A stretch of DNA of 64,000 bases from a virus (lineage: Duplodnaviria > Caudoviricetes): the IMG/VR virus record IMGVR_UViG_3300029305_002203, positions 31,565 to 95,564 of that record. One strand, 5' to 3'. The notes under the pieces are model-generated. The model did not search any database. It worked only from the letters and a program-made list of their open reading frames with translations, and was not told the DNA's origin. Shown piece after piece: positions 9,174 to 18,509 of the stretch (position 1 is the stretch's first letter; each line of letters starts with the position of its first letter). The translations under genes were made by a program, and so were the position numbers.

Positions 9174-10226
9174 TTATTTAATTAGTTTCATTAGTTTTTC
9201 TCTTGCAGAAAGTTCTTGAGTTGGTTTCTTATTTTGTATAGTTATAGTGTAATCATCTTTGAATGTTACACCAGCACTAAACTGCATATCTAACTCAATT
9301 TTCTTTTTGTCTTCTTTAATAGATTCGTATAATTTGTTAATAATAGTCATTGGATATTGCAATCCACTCATAAATATCATATCTGTTTTAGTCTGATATC
9401 CTTGGAATATATCTCTCCAATATCCAAAGGTTAATTGTAACTCATCATAATCAACTTTCACAGTCTTACGCATAGTAGAAGATTTAATCCCACAGTAGTA
9501 TAATGTATTACGTGGTTCAATATCGGCAAAAATATTATTTGCAATAGAAGTCTTTATTGCCGATGTAATATCTGTTTGTGTAGGTTTGCGAACAAAATGA
9601 TTGAGAATACCATATCCCTTTTGTTCTAACATTGCACAGATTTCAGAATAATCATAAATACCATCAATAGAAGTAGACACATCTGATATAAGAGAATAGA
9701 TTAAATTAGCAAGTGTCTCATTGCTTTTAATAAAATTAGACTCTTTATTGTTATCAACAATAAATACAGTATGTTGAGCACAACCGAATAACTCTTTAAG
9801 TAATTCATATGAATTGGTTTTTGCTTGTAATGACTCTGATAAACTTGGAATAGTAATAACCGGAATAACAATTTTTCCTAATTCATTTTCTAATAACTCT
9901 GTCATTAATGCACACATTCCAGAAGAAGTACCACCACCAGTTGATCCAAATAAAAATACATACTTTCCAGTTAAATAACGTTCTATGTGTTTTAATATAT
10001 CCTCATAATTATGTGCTAAATATTCTTTAGATACATCTCTGTCTTTGTGACAACCAATCGCCCCCTTAACGTGATAGTAGTGCATATCTTGTAATCCTAA
10101 ACTATTCAAATCTTCCATAGCAGAATTAATATAAAAACTTGCCAAGTTATATTTTTTAAAAGCTGCAACCTGATTTCCACCACAAGCACCAATTCCTAAT
10201 AATCCAAAATCTTTTAAGTCATGCAT
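9174..10226 (-). CDS. tubZ: tubulin/FtsZ-family GTPase, TubZ-like
   Basis: GIGACGGN, INS, GSTGGGTSSG tubulin signature, VDNNK, DxxE T7-like loop. Confidence 0.85.
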   Translation of the reverse strand: MHDLKDFGLLGIGACGGNQVAAFKKYNLASFYINSAMEDLNSLGLQDMHYYHVKGAIGCHKDRDVSKEYLAHNYEDILKHIERYLTGKYVFLFGSTGGGTSSGMCALMTELLENELGKIVIPVITIPSLSESLQAKTNSYELLKELFGCAQHTVFIVDNNKESNFIKSNETLANLIYSLISDVSTSIDGIYDYSEICAMLEQKGYGILNHFVRKPTQTDITSAIKTSIANNIFADIEPRNTLYYCGIKSSTMRKTVKVDYDELQLTFGYWRDIFQGYQTKTDMIFMSGLQYPMTIINKLYESIKEDKKKIELDMQFSAGVTFKDDYTITIQNKKPTQELSAREKLMKLIK

Positions 10227-10228
10227 AC

Positions 10229-10489
10229 TTATACCCCCTTAATTAAATTAATACCATCTTCAGTAATGTAATACATTTTTTGATTACCATAGTTCCCTGA
10301 TTGACAAACCAAACCTTTATCAATTAATGAGGATAAATGTTTCCAAATACAAGATCTTTTTACTTCGGTTATATTCATTTCTTTAATAGTCAACCCAAGT
10401 ATATGATTTGTTGCCCCATTAGAATCTAAGGAACTTAAAATGAGATAATCAATTCTGGAAAGTTCTGTATGATTCCCTGCTGTTTCCAT
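10229..10489 (-). CDS. winged-helix DNA-binding protein, TubR-like
   Basis: ILSSL...TIKEM...IWKHLSSLIDKGLV...YYITEDG; directly upstream of tubZ; GGAGG RBS. Confidence 0.7.
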   Translation of the reverse strand: METAGNHTELSRIDYLILSSLDSNGATNHILGLTIKEMNITEVKRSCIWKHLSSLIDKGLVCQSGNYGNQKMYYITEDGINLIKGV

Positions 10490-10560
10490 ATGTTCCCTCC
10501 TTTTCTTAACAGTCACAAAATGTTATAAAGTGTTACAAAGTGTTCCTTTGTTGTTCACAT
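10461..10560. repeat. 10-bp-period TGTT repeats, tubC-like centromere
   Basis: tgtttccata/tgttccctcc ... tgttataaag/tgttacaaag/tgttcctttg in 10-bp phase upstream of tubR. Confidence 0.5.
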
Positions 10561-10587
10561 TATAAACAGTATTGTTTATAAAGTCAA
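10559..10587 (-). promoter_or_regulatory. tubRZ-rep promoter with palindromic operator
   Basis: TTGACT-17-TATAAT on minus strand; palindrome TTATAAACA-gtat-TGTTTATAA at 10560-10581. Confidence 0.7.
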
Positions 10588-10638
10588 CAGATATATTTTT
10601 TATTTTGTGATATAATTATAGTGAAGGGAGAGAAGAGT

Positions 10639-10836
10639 ATGGAAGTTAATTATGATAAATTGTTTGTATATATGTTTAAAAATAATATAAGTAAAAGTGA
10701 GTTAGCTGAAAAGGCTGGGATTAGTAGAAATACAATCATTAAAATGACAAAAGGTGAGCCAGTACATTTATCTGTAATATTAGCAATTTGTGAAGCCTAT
10801 GGACTTCCATTATCAGATGTAATTCAAGAAAAATAA
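10639..10836 (+). CDS. XRE/Cro-family HTH regulator
   Basis: ISKSELAEKAGISRNTIIKM; divergent from tubR. Confidence 0.85.
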   Translation: MEVNYDKLFVYMFKNNISKSELAEKAGISRNTIIKMTKGEPVHLSVILAICEAYGLPLSDVIQEK

Positions 10837-10875
10837 AAAAAGGGGACTACTCTTGAATTGAGTAATCCCCTTAAT
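10835..10875. terminator. bidirectional terminator between convergent genes
   Basis: AAGGGGAcTACTC...GAGTAaTCCCCTT. Confidence 0.7.
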
Positions 10876-10878
10876 TTA

Positions 10879-12207
10879 TTATTCAGATAAATCTAATAGC
10901 ATATTATATTCATCCTCAGAAATAATTTTTAATGCCCAATCTTTAGGACAATACATTTTAAATTTCTTATTTATATTATTCTTCTTATAGTACATATTCC
11001 ATAAGTAAACATTAGCCAAAGAACGAGCTTTATGCATTTCACATATGTATGTTGCACGTTTGTCCGGTGTGCCAAATTCTTGATAATTATATGCGCTACA
11101 CCACGAACACCCTTCAGCAATAGGGCAGTAAAAACATTCATCTGTACTTTGAGTTTTACGATCAATACAGTTTAAACAATGCAAACAATCTTTTTCACAT
11201 TTAGATGATGCAATGCCATCATTTACATTTCCGATCCTCATTGGATTACGAGTACAACCAAGAGATGACTCCATATATCTAATACAAGGATATAAGTACC
11301 CATCTGGGTCACATGATAACATTAATCCAGTTCCTCCACACCAATTTTGTAGGTCATTTTCATTTTTCTGTTTGAAGAAGCTTTCTTCAAATAAAGAACA
11401 ATATATATCCCCAACTAAGTCATTATCAATAAAATAATTGGCAATCTTTTTTAATTGTTTATAAAATTCTACAGAGTGTTCTTGTTCCCATCCTTTTTCA
11501 TAAACACAATTTGCATTTATATCTAAATAGCCCAAATCAACCATATGAATAATTGCATCATAAAGATAATTTATGTTACCAGGAGCAATAGTTATTTTGC
11601 TTCCCATATAATTACCTTTTGCAATCCAATCGTTTGCACCAGCAACTGCAATATCATAGCTTGGATTTCCATTAGGGAATATTCTGCAAGAGTCATGTAG
11701 TTCTTTATTACCATCAATAGTGATAGAAAAAGACATATGATCTTTATTTTTATTTAAAAACTTTTGCACTCTTTCATCAAAATAAAGTACGCCATTAGAA
11801 CATATACTTATACAATAATTCGTTGCCCAAGGATGTATCAATTCAATGGTGCGTTCTCTAAAATAATCTACGATTTGATCTATTAATTCAATTTCAAGAA
11901 AAGGTTCTCCACCAATAAATTCAAGTATGATTGCAGGAGAGTTTTCAGGATTAATATATTCTTTAAAACCTTTTTTCCCGGAGAGTAATAAGTCAATATA
12001 TTGCTTTGCAATATCAAAAGACATTCTTCTTTTTCCTTTATTGATTTGGTAACAATATGTACATGCAAGGTTACAATTATCTGTCACTTGAAAAGTTACA
12101 GTTCTTGATAATACCATTTTAGATGAGTCATTAGATGAATATTCAGGGTACAATCTTGCAATCATATCTTGCCATTGTTCAAGTCTTCTTAATTTCTTTT
12201 CTGTCAT
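10879..12207 (-). CDS. radical SAM/SPASM peptide maturase, CXXX-repeat target type
   Basis: CNLACTYC, FIGGEP, SPASM Cys motifs WCGG..YPC..CFYC..GCSWC..C. Confidence 0.9.
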   Translation of the reverse strand: MTEKKLRRLEQWQDMIARLYPEYSSNDSSKMVLSRTVTFQVTDNCNLACTYCYQINKGKRRMSFDIAKQYIDLLLSGKKGFKEYINPENSPAIILEFIGGEPFLEIELIDQIVDYFRERTIELIHPWATNYCISICSNGVLYFDERVQKFLNKNKDHMSFSITIDGNKELHDSCRIFPNGNPSYDIAVAGANDWIAKGNYMGSKITIAPGNINYLYDAIIHMVDLGYLDINANCVYEKGWEQEHSVEFYKQLKKIANYFIDNDLVGDIYCSLFEESFFKQKNENDLQNWCGGTGLMLSCDPDGYLYPCIRYMESSLGCTRNPMRIGNVNDGIASSKCEKDCLHCLNCIDRKTQSTDECFYCPIAEGCSWCSAYNYQEFGTPDKRATYICEMHKARSLANVYLWNMYYKKNNINKKFKMYCPKDWALKIISEDEYNMLLDLSE

Positions 12208-12228
12208 TCCTTTTACTCCTATAATTCC

Positions 12229-12576
12229 TTATTCAACATTTTCTAAAGCTGCAATTCCACATTCGCATAAAACATCTATTGTCATAATATTAGTAGTAAA
12301 ATCAACACTCCAGTTATACTGATGTTTACCATATAATTCTTCTGGAACATATAACTTTTCAACTTCCAATTTTGCCATTTCATACTCTGCCTTAATTCTT
12401 GACAACTCTTCAGAATATTTCAAAAAAGGTTTGCTTACAAACAAACTATCATCAGTATCATCCTTATGCATCTCAAGTAATTTAGTAATAATTTCTTCTC
12501 TTGTGAATACTTCATAATTTAATCTCTGTAAATAATTAACCATATCCTGAGTAACACTAATTTTAATCTTTTTCAT
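12229..12576 (-). CDS. accessory protein of CXXX-repeat modification system
   Basis: small helical protein ending in 'YNWSVDF', between Cys-rich target and maturase. Confidence 0.65.
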   Translation of the reverse strand: MKKIKISVTQDMVNYLQRLNYEVFTREEIITKLLEMHKDDTDDSLFVSKPFLKYSEELSRIKAEYEMAKLEVEKLYVPEELYGKHQYNWSVDFTTNIMTIDVLCECGIAALENVE

Positions 12577-12598
12577 AATTTAATTCTCCTTATTTTCT

Positions 12599-13891
12599 TT
12601 ATACTGAAGCTTTTGCTGAGCCAAAACATTGTGCAGAGCAAGTAGCATAACAATTTGTTGAGCATGTTGTTGAACATGAATTTTTACATGTGGCTGTACA
12701 ATTTGTATTACAACTACTTCCACACCCAGTAGAACATGTTGTATAACAAGTAGTAGTACATTGGCCGTAACAAGAACCTTTGCAACCTGAACATTGAGAA
12801 GAACATCCGGCACAACCATCACAACCCGAACATGAAGCGCAAGAGCCACTACATCCTGAGCAACCTGAACCACATCCTGATGAACAACCATTACAACCAC
12901 CAGTACAACTAGTACATCCACTAGAACATCCGGTACCACATCCTTCTGCACATCCTGTGCCGCATCCTATAGCACATGAGCCTCCGCATCCATCTCGGCA
13001 AGCACCGTCACAACCAGAACATCCGTTACATCCTCCGCAAGAACTTGTACAATCACCAGAACAACCACTAGAACATGCACTTGCACAACCTGAACCACAA
13101 CCACTTGTACAGTTTGAACCACAACCGCCTTGGCAGCCATAACATCCACCACCACATCCTGCGCCACAACCAGTAGAACAACTACCACCGCAACCAGAAC
13201 AACCGGTGCAGTCAGCACATCCAGACGAACAACCTGATGAACAAGAAGCACCGCATCCACCAGAACAAATATTACCGCATCCGTTAGCACAAGTTGTTCC
13301 ACAAGTAGCAGTACATCCACTGCCACAACCGCCAGAACATCCTGAACAGCCACCATCACATCCTGAACACGATGAACAAGACGAACTGCAACCAGCACAT
13401 CCTCCACAAGCAGAAGCGCAAGTAGTGCCACAACCAGTACACGCAGTTCCACATCCTCCGCTACATGTATTACCACAACTTCCTATACAAGTTGCAGAGC
13501 AACCGCCAGTACAAGTTCCGCTACATCCGTTACATCCTCCTGAACAAGTACCAACACACAATCCAGTACAAGCACCTCTACAAGATGAGGTAGTTCCGGT
13601 CATAGTTTCTTTTGCCAATGTATCAACATAAGTAATTAATTCATTTGTGAAACTGCTTGGTATAAGTTCATTCTGTTTAACGAATTTTAAGTTTCCTTTA
13701 TCTTTAATTTGCAGTAACAAGTCTATTGTCTTCTGACCATGTTCTGCTAAAATTGTTCCACCTTGTTTTGGGGCAGTAGTAAAATCATACGTTGTTGCAG
13801 CAAAAGAAGAAAGAGATCCATATCCAGATCTCCTTGCCATTTCTGCTTTAACTTTATTTTTCAAACTAACAATTTCTGTTGCTGTAAGCAT
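12599..13891 (-). CDS. Cys-rich CxxC/CxxxC repeat protein (about 430 aa), probable maturase target
   Basis: about 100-aa N-terminal domain then about 325 aa with Cys every 3-4 residues; ATG after GGGGGTGA RBS. Confidence 0.85.
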   Translation of the reverse strand: MLTATEIVSLKNKVKAEMARRSGYGSLSSFAATTYDFTTAPKQGGTILAEHGQKTIDLLLQIKDKGNLKFVKQNELIPSSFTNELITYVDTLAKETMTGTTSSCRGACTGLCVGTCSGGCNGCSGTCTGGCSATCIGSCGNTCSGGCGTACTGCGTTCASACGGCAGCSSSCSSCSGCDGGCSGCSGGCGSGCTATCGTTCANGCGNICSGGCGASCSSGCSSGCADCTGCSGCGGSCSTGCGAGCGGGCYGCQGGCGSNCTSGCGSGCASACSSGCSGDCTSSCGGCNGCSGCDGACRDGCGGSCAIGCGTGCAEGCGTGCSSGCTSCTGGCNGCSSGCGSGCSGCSGSCASCSGCDGCAGCSSQCSGCKGSCYGQCTTTCYTTCSTGCGSSCNTNCTATCKNSCSTTCSTNCYATCSAQCFGSAKASV

Positions 13892-13896
13892 AAAAA

Positions 13897-14856
13897 TCAC
13901 CCCCAGACTGCTTTCGTTGCGACCCAAGCGGTGCCATTATGGTATTTCATTATTCCACCATTACCAGTGTCAATCCATAATAATTCTCTATCAGTAGGAG
14001 CTGTAGCACCTATATAACTTCCACCTGAACCTGTTTCAATTGTTGTCCATGTTGTACCGTTTTTATATTGTAATTCTGCGTTATAAAATCGAATACCATG
14101 AGCACCATTCACTGTATTTATAGGTACATCATGTGCAGTTAATCTGTCGCCTACATTATCTATTTGTTCAGATACATCGTTTAATTGTCCAGCAAAATCA
14201 CTTAATTGTTCAGCAAAATCGTTTAATTGTGAAGTAATATCATCAGTTATATTTGCAAGACATAACCAATTAATATTTGTATCAGTGGGTTCACTGTCAG
14301 AATTTTGAACAAGACACTGCCAAAAAGCATTATTATGAGCAACAAAATCATTTACTAAATAAAGTGATAAATTATTCCATAAACCTCTTGGGGAAAGTCC
14401 CAAACCTGACTCACCTTTCTCACCCTGAATAATTCTTGGAATCCAATATGTAGTGTTTGTTGGAAGAGTAGCAATAGGTGTATCATCTCTTAAACATTCA
14501 AATGTTTGAGTTATGCCATTAACCGAATATGTTACAAAATTGTATTTTACATATTTGGTTGTTGAATTCCATTCACCTTTATTGACTACTGTTTCATGTA
14601 TATATGTTTGTATATTATTTAAAAATAAATCTTGGACTTCTTCGATAGTCTTACTCAATCTATTCATATATACACTGTCAATAATACATTTTTGTAATTC
14701 TGCATTAGATTGTAATAATGTAGCAGCATTAGCAAATTGACCATTTGCTATATAACTATTAAATTGTCTCCAGTCAGAATACACACTACTTGATACATCT
14801 GTTTTTAAATCAAATCTTTGTACACTGTCAGGAAACGTTGTATAACTATTTGCCAT
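13897..14856 (-). CDS. module B tail fibre/baseplate attachment protein
   Basis: KGEWNSTTKY..YNFV repeats, QGEKGE, C-terminal GATAPT..LWIDT..KYHNGTAW; N-terminus paralogous to 28314..28643. Confidence 0.7.
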   Translation of the reverse strand: MANSYTTFPDSVQRFDLKTDVSSSVYSDWRQFNSYIANGQFANAATLLQSNAELQKCIIDSVYMNRLSKTIEEVQDLFLNNIQTYIHETVVNKGEWNSTTKYVKYNFVTYSVNGITQTFECLRDDTPIATLPTNTTYWIPRIIQGEKGESGLGLSPRGLWNNLSLYLVNDFVAHNNAFWQCLVQNSDSEPTDTNINWLCLANITDDITSQLNDFAEQLSDFAGQLNDVSEQIDNVGDRLTAHDVPINTVNGAHGIRFYNAELQYKNGTTWTTIETGSGGSYIGATAPTDRELLWIDTGNGGIMKYHNGTAWVATKAVWG

Positions 14857-14867
14857 ATATTTTCCTC

Positions 14868-16277
14868 CTAGCTATAAGGATCTGTATCATAAAAAGCAAC
14901 CATGCTAACATCCATAGTACCTCCAGTTGTTGATCCGTTTATTTGTTTTGTTACATATCTTTTTATATCTTTAGTAGTGTATGATTGATGTTCAATTAAC
15001 CAATTAACATCCAACCAAGGAATATCAATCATATTTAAATTTATACTTTCTTGCAATCTACAAGCATGATAAAGTTCATAATTTGCTCTATCTTGAGCTA
15101 ATGAATTTGAATAAATCTTACTATATTCATCACTGGATAATATCTTAGTTATTTCTTCCCCAATATTAGACTTATGAAATGGTGAGAGAGTGTTTGTTTC
15201 ACTTGCTTCTGCATACACCTGATGTTCACCAAGCCAATAAAAGTCATTATTTACTTTTCTATATTTGAATACATTGTATGTTTCTATGGCAAGCGTTTTT
15301 GCAGGGATATGTTTTCCTTTGTCATCTACAATATAAGCCGTTGTTCCTGCAATAGTTAACTTGGAATCTGCACCATTTGTTTGAGGAATAAGAATTGCAT
15401 ATAAATCAAAGTTGCCTACAGATGTGACAGTTGCAATAGTGGGAGTATATGTATTAGTAGAAGTATCATAAGTACATGTATCCGTAGAATAAGTTGGTTC
15501 TAATTGTTGTCCCCATACAACAACTCGGTTATATATTTCTTTAAATGAAGTGTTTAAACCCTCACTGATAACAAGAGGAGAAATAAAATCATAGGTAAGC
15601 AAAATATTATCACTATCTTGATGTGGGATTTTTTGAATAATAAATGTACCATTAATATCAAAAAACATTTCAAAATCAGAAAATAAAGAAACTACTTCGT
15701 TTAATACATCATAATAAGTTTGTGTTGCATCAAATTCCATTTCGTATGGAATAAGTAATCCATCTAAGTCAGATAAAATATATTTAGTTACATTTGCTTC
15801 TTTAAGAAGTGTAACAAGTAATTCTCGAACATTTTCATCTTCCTCAAACTTAATAGAACTCTTTAATGCACCGTTTCTGTCACCATTTAATTTACTCATA
15901 AGATCCGAACAACTAAGTGAAAGAGTATTAGTAGATGAATCAAAAGAGTAATTACTGTCAAGCATTATAAATGTGCCTTTAAGATATTTAATTATCTCAC
16001 CAGTTCGAACCTCCTTGATGCAAATATAAGGTCTAATATACTTGTCCATCCATATACGTTTATCAGTTCCTATTAACATAGAACTATCAGTAACTAATAA
16101 ATCCATAGAATAAGTTCGTCTAATCGCAGAGTTTGCATCAATAGAAAACGAATCAGATATCAATTTCCCTTCTACAACATCAACAACTTTCATATCTGAA
16201 TTTAACAACTCAACAGTTACAAACAAATCCTTTACATTTTGATTTATGATATTTTTATCTCTCTGAGTAATAACCAT
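14868..16277 (-). CDS. module B baseplate hub/Tal-like protein
   Basis: paralog of 28647..30266 (IRRT, LSLSCSD..LNG.RNG, EMFFDING.F, IPWLD). Confidence 0.7.
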   Translation of the reverse strand: MVITQRDKNIINQNVKDLFVTVELLNSDMKVVDVVEGKLISDSFSIDANSAIRRTYSMDLLVTDSSMLIGTDKRIWMDKYIRPYICIKEVRTGEIIKYLKGTFIMLDSNYSFDSSTNTLSLSCSDLMSKLNGDRNGALKSSIKFEEDENVRELLVTLLKEANVTKYILSDLDGLLIPYEMEFDATQTYYDVLNEVVSLFSDFEMFFDINGTFIIQKIPHQDSDNILLTYDFISPLVISEGLNTSFKEIYNRVVVWGQQLEPTYSTDTCTYDTSTNTYTPTIATVTSVGNFDLYAILIPQTNGADSKLTIAGTTAYIVDDKGKHIPAKTLAIETYNVFKYRKVNNDFYWLGEHQVYAEASETNTLSPFHKSNIGEEITKILSSDEYSKIYSNSLAQDRANYELYHACRLQESINLNMIDIPWLDVNWLIEHQSYTTKDIKRYVTKQINGSTTGGTMDVSMVAFYDTDPYS

Positions 16278-16280
16278 AAG

Positions 16281-17171
16281 CTATACTCCTTCCACATCGA
16301 CATCAGATAAACCAGCATTGTAAAGATCTGTTGTGCTATCACTGTCGCCTATTTCCGTGAATTCTATATTATAAATTATATTATCTGGATGACCATCTAC
16401 TGATTGAGAGATTGTATTACCGGTGCTAACCATCCATCTTCGCCCTTTGTTATCCTTTAAAATCATAGCTTGATTTTCTGTTAAAAAATTATTTACTTCT
16501 CGTCTGTAAGCAACGGCATTTTCAAAATCTAATTGACAATTATCTTTCACTGGTACAAAACTTGTACTCATAGAAAGTGTATCATATTGTGACATTCCGT
16601 TAGAGATAGCAAATGGTTTCTTTCTGCCAAGAGTAGTTATAAATTCCTTATTCTGATTTGTTGTTACTTCCAACGATAAATTCACAAATGCATGATATTG
16701 TTTTGCTTGTGTACACAAGTAACATCCATCAAAATCTGATATAACAGTATTGGTTATATAATTGGCCTCTGTACTATTTAACACCGGAACAATTGCAACT
16801 TCGTATTGTGTTTTATTCCCTTTGAGATAGTAATAAGTTTTAGCAAAATTAAAATCTTCCTCGGAATTAATCTCGTATTCGTAGATGGTTCTCCATAAGG
16901 TGTCGCCATATTCTCTTACCTTAATCCTCATAGAACTTATTGCACTAATTGGAATCAGAATATTTCCAGCAAGTAAATTCCCCTGGAATGTTGCCCAGAA
17001 GATTGTATTAATGTCCCAAATTAAAGAATCGTTTTGTTTGTTATAATCTGCATTTGCACTAACATATAAATCATTAATTAAACAGTTCATTACATCAATA
17101 ACATTTATATTATCTCCCAATGTTGTTTTAAGCACATCCGTGCCAGTTACAGTCGCACCAAGAAAAATCAT
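16281..17171 (-). CDS. module B distal-tail-like protein
   Basis: paralog of 30268..31179 (MIFLG, LKDNKGRRW, FTEIGD, LYNAGL). Confidence 0.65.
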   Translation of the reverse strand: MIFLGATVTGTDVLKTTLGDNINVIDVMNCLINDLYVSANADYNKQNDSLIWDINTIFWATFQGNLLAGNILIPISAISSMRIKVREYGDTLWRTIYEYEINSEEDFNFAKTYYYLKGNKTQYEVAIVPVLNSTEANYITNTVISDFDGCYLCTQAKQYHAFVNLSLEVTTNQNKEFITTLGRKKPFAISNGMSQYDTLSMSTSFVPVKDNCQLDFENAVAYRREVNNFLTENQAMILKDNKGRRWMVSTGNTISQSVDGHPDNIIYNIEFTEIGDSDSTTDLYNAGLSDVDVEGV

Positions 17172-18181
17172 ACAATCACCTCCATTTCAAAGAGAGTATC
17201 TTTTCTTTTAATCCATAACGAAATCTCATCTTCTGTATATGGATTAGCTTTTGTAATCATATAATCATTATTTTTATATATTGCATGAAGTTCAAAATAA
17301 TATATATCAGAAAACGTATCATATTTATAATCAACAATGACAATTTCATCATTTCCTGATAATCTTAAAATTCTTTCATTTACACCAAACTGTGAACCCT
17401 TAATTAATAATGAAAAGTCTCCTGAAATAGTAAATCCTTTATTGAAATGAACAACATTATTTGTCAAGTCTGCAATCTCATTATCAATATAAGTAACATC
17501 AGAGTCAGATGTACCTTCTACAGATATAATGTTGGATTTCATATAAACTCCACCAGTGTCATACATATTCTGTAACTCAAGTACAAAATATGCTTCCGAT
17601 TTAATAAAGTCAGCAGAAAAATTAATTCTACCAGTAGATAACACTATACCATTGATTGTTTCCCCTGTAGCAAGAATAGAATAGTGGTTATTATCTTGTA
17701 AGTTAGTTATTTTTACAGTATCAAGTACATAACGTGTATTAGAATCGTATATTACAACACTATCTGAGTTGTATACTCTAATACGATATGATTGTAACAA
17801 TTCTCCCTCTGATTGAGCATAGGCAATATTTACACCATATGTCTGTGCCTGTATAATTTGGTCTGGTTCAATGTTGATTTGAAAAGTGGGAGTTGAATAG
17901 CAATAGAAGAGAAGAACATCTGACCATTCAGAATTAACACCATTGCTATCAGTAACCCTAATCGCAGCATTATATAAAGTACCATTTACTAAGCCAGATG
18001 AAATAGGTATCGCATGTTCTAATCTCATTGTTGTTTGAGTCTGTTCGTATACCACTTCGTTTGTTGTGTTATTTTTTATCACAAGTGTATTACTAATAGG
18101 TTGATTCCCTAGCCATGAGAACTTAATTGTACTCCCAAGGGAGGAGTCAAAGCTAGGTATCAAATATAAGCCCGGTTTCAT
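17168..18181 (-). CDS. module B Ig/FN3-like tail-tip protein
   Basis: paralog of 31195..32271 (PxFD, SDVLLFYCYSTPTF, GETING). Confidence 0.65.
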   Translation of the reverse strand: MKPGLYLIPSFDSSLGSTIKFSWLGNQPISNTLVIKNNTTNEVVYEQTQTTMRLEHAIPISSGLVNGTLYNAAIRVTDSNGVNSEWSDVLLFYCYSTPTFQINIEPDQIIQAQTYGVNIAYAQSEGELLQSYRIRVYNSDSVVIYDSNTRYVLDTVKITNLQDNNHYSILATGETINGIVLSTGRINFSADFIKSEAYFVLELQNMYDTGGVYMKSNIISVEGTSDSDVTYIDNEIADLTNNVVHFNKGFTISGDFSLLIKGSQFGVNERILRLSGNDEIVIVDYKYDTFSDIYYFELHAIYKNNDYMITKANPYTEDEISLWIKRKDTLFEMEVIV

Positions 18182-18190
18182 AAATTACTC

Positions 18191-18439
18191 CTAATGAGGC
18201 AATATTATTGCATTAATCCAACTGTTTTCTGGTAATAAAACATATACAATATCATTCTCAGAATAATCTCCATTACTTACTACAACATGAGAAACACCAT
18301 CTTTTTGTACAACATATTTATTATCAGCAACTTTTGAAACAACCCTACATTTATATGTCTTATCGAATTTTGCAGAACTAATTACCTTATTACAAACTGT
18401 AAATATAGCATCGGATAAAGCATTACTAATTTCTCTCAT
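18191..18439 (-). CDS. module B small tail-tip protein
   Basis: KFDKTY..VYVLLP; paralog of 36257..36697. Confidence 0.65.
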   Translation of the reverse strand: MREISNALSDAIFTVCNKVISSAKFDKTYKCRVVSKVADNKYVVQKDGVSHVVVSNGDYSENDIVYVLLPENSWINAIILPH

Positions 18440-18461
18440 AATAATTTCTCCTTTAACAAAA

Positions 18462-18503
18462 AAATAAAAAAAGGGGCAGTCATAAATTAATATGACCGCC
18501 CCT
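18462..18503 (-). terminator. hairpin/terminator after TMP exon B
   Basis: GGGGCAGTCATA...TATGACCGCCCC with U tract on minus strand. Confidence 0.65.
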
Positions 18504-18509
18504 ATAACA

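Noticed and set aside
9174-10226. PhuZ/phage-nucleus system
   Set aside because: Context (wHTH partner, repeats, Rep) fits TubZRC; no chimallin-like or multisubunit RNA polymerase genes seen
7880-10560. Short repeat clusters as a CRISPR array
   Set aside because: Repeats are 8-19 bp, irregularly spaced, with no unique spacers or cas genes
12580-13631. Val-rich and Pro/Gln/His-rich ORFs (12580-12951, 12967-13476, 12957-13142, 13206-13631)
   Set aside because: Shadow frames of the TGT-rich Cys-repeat gene; no RBS
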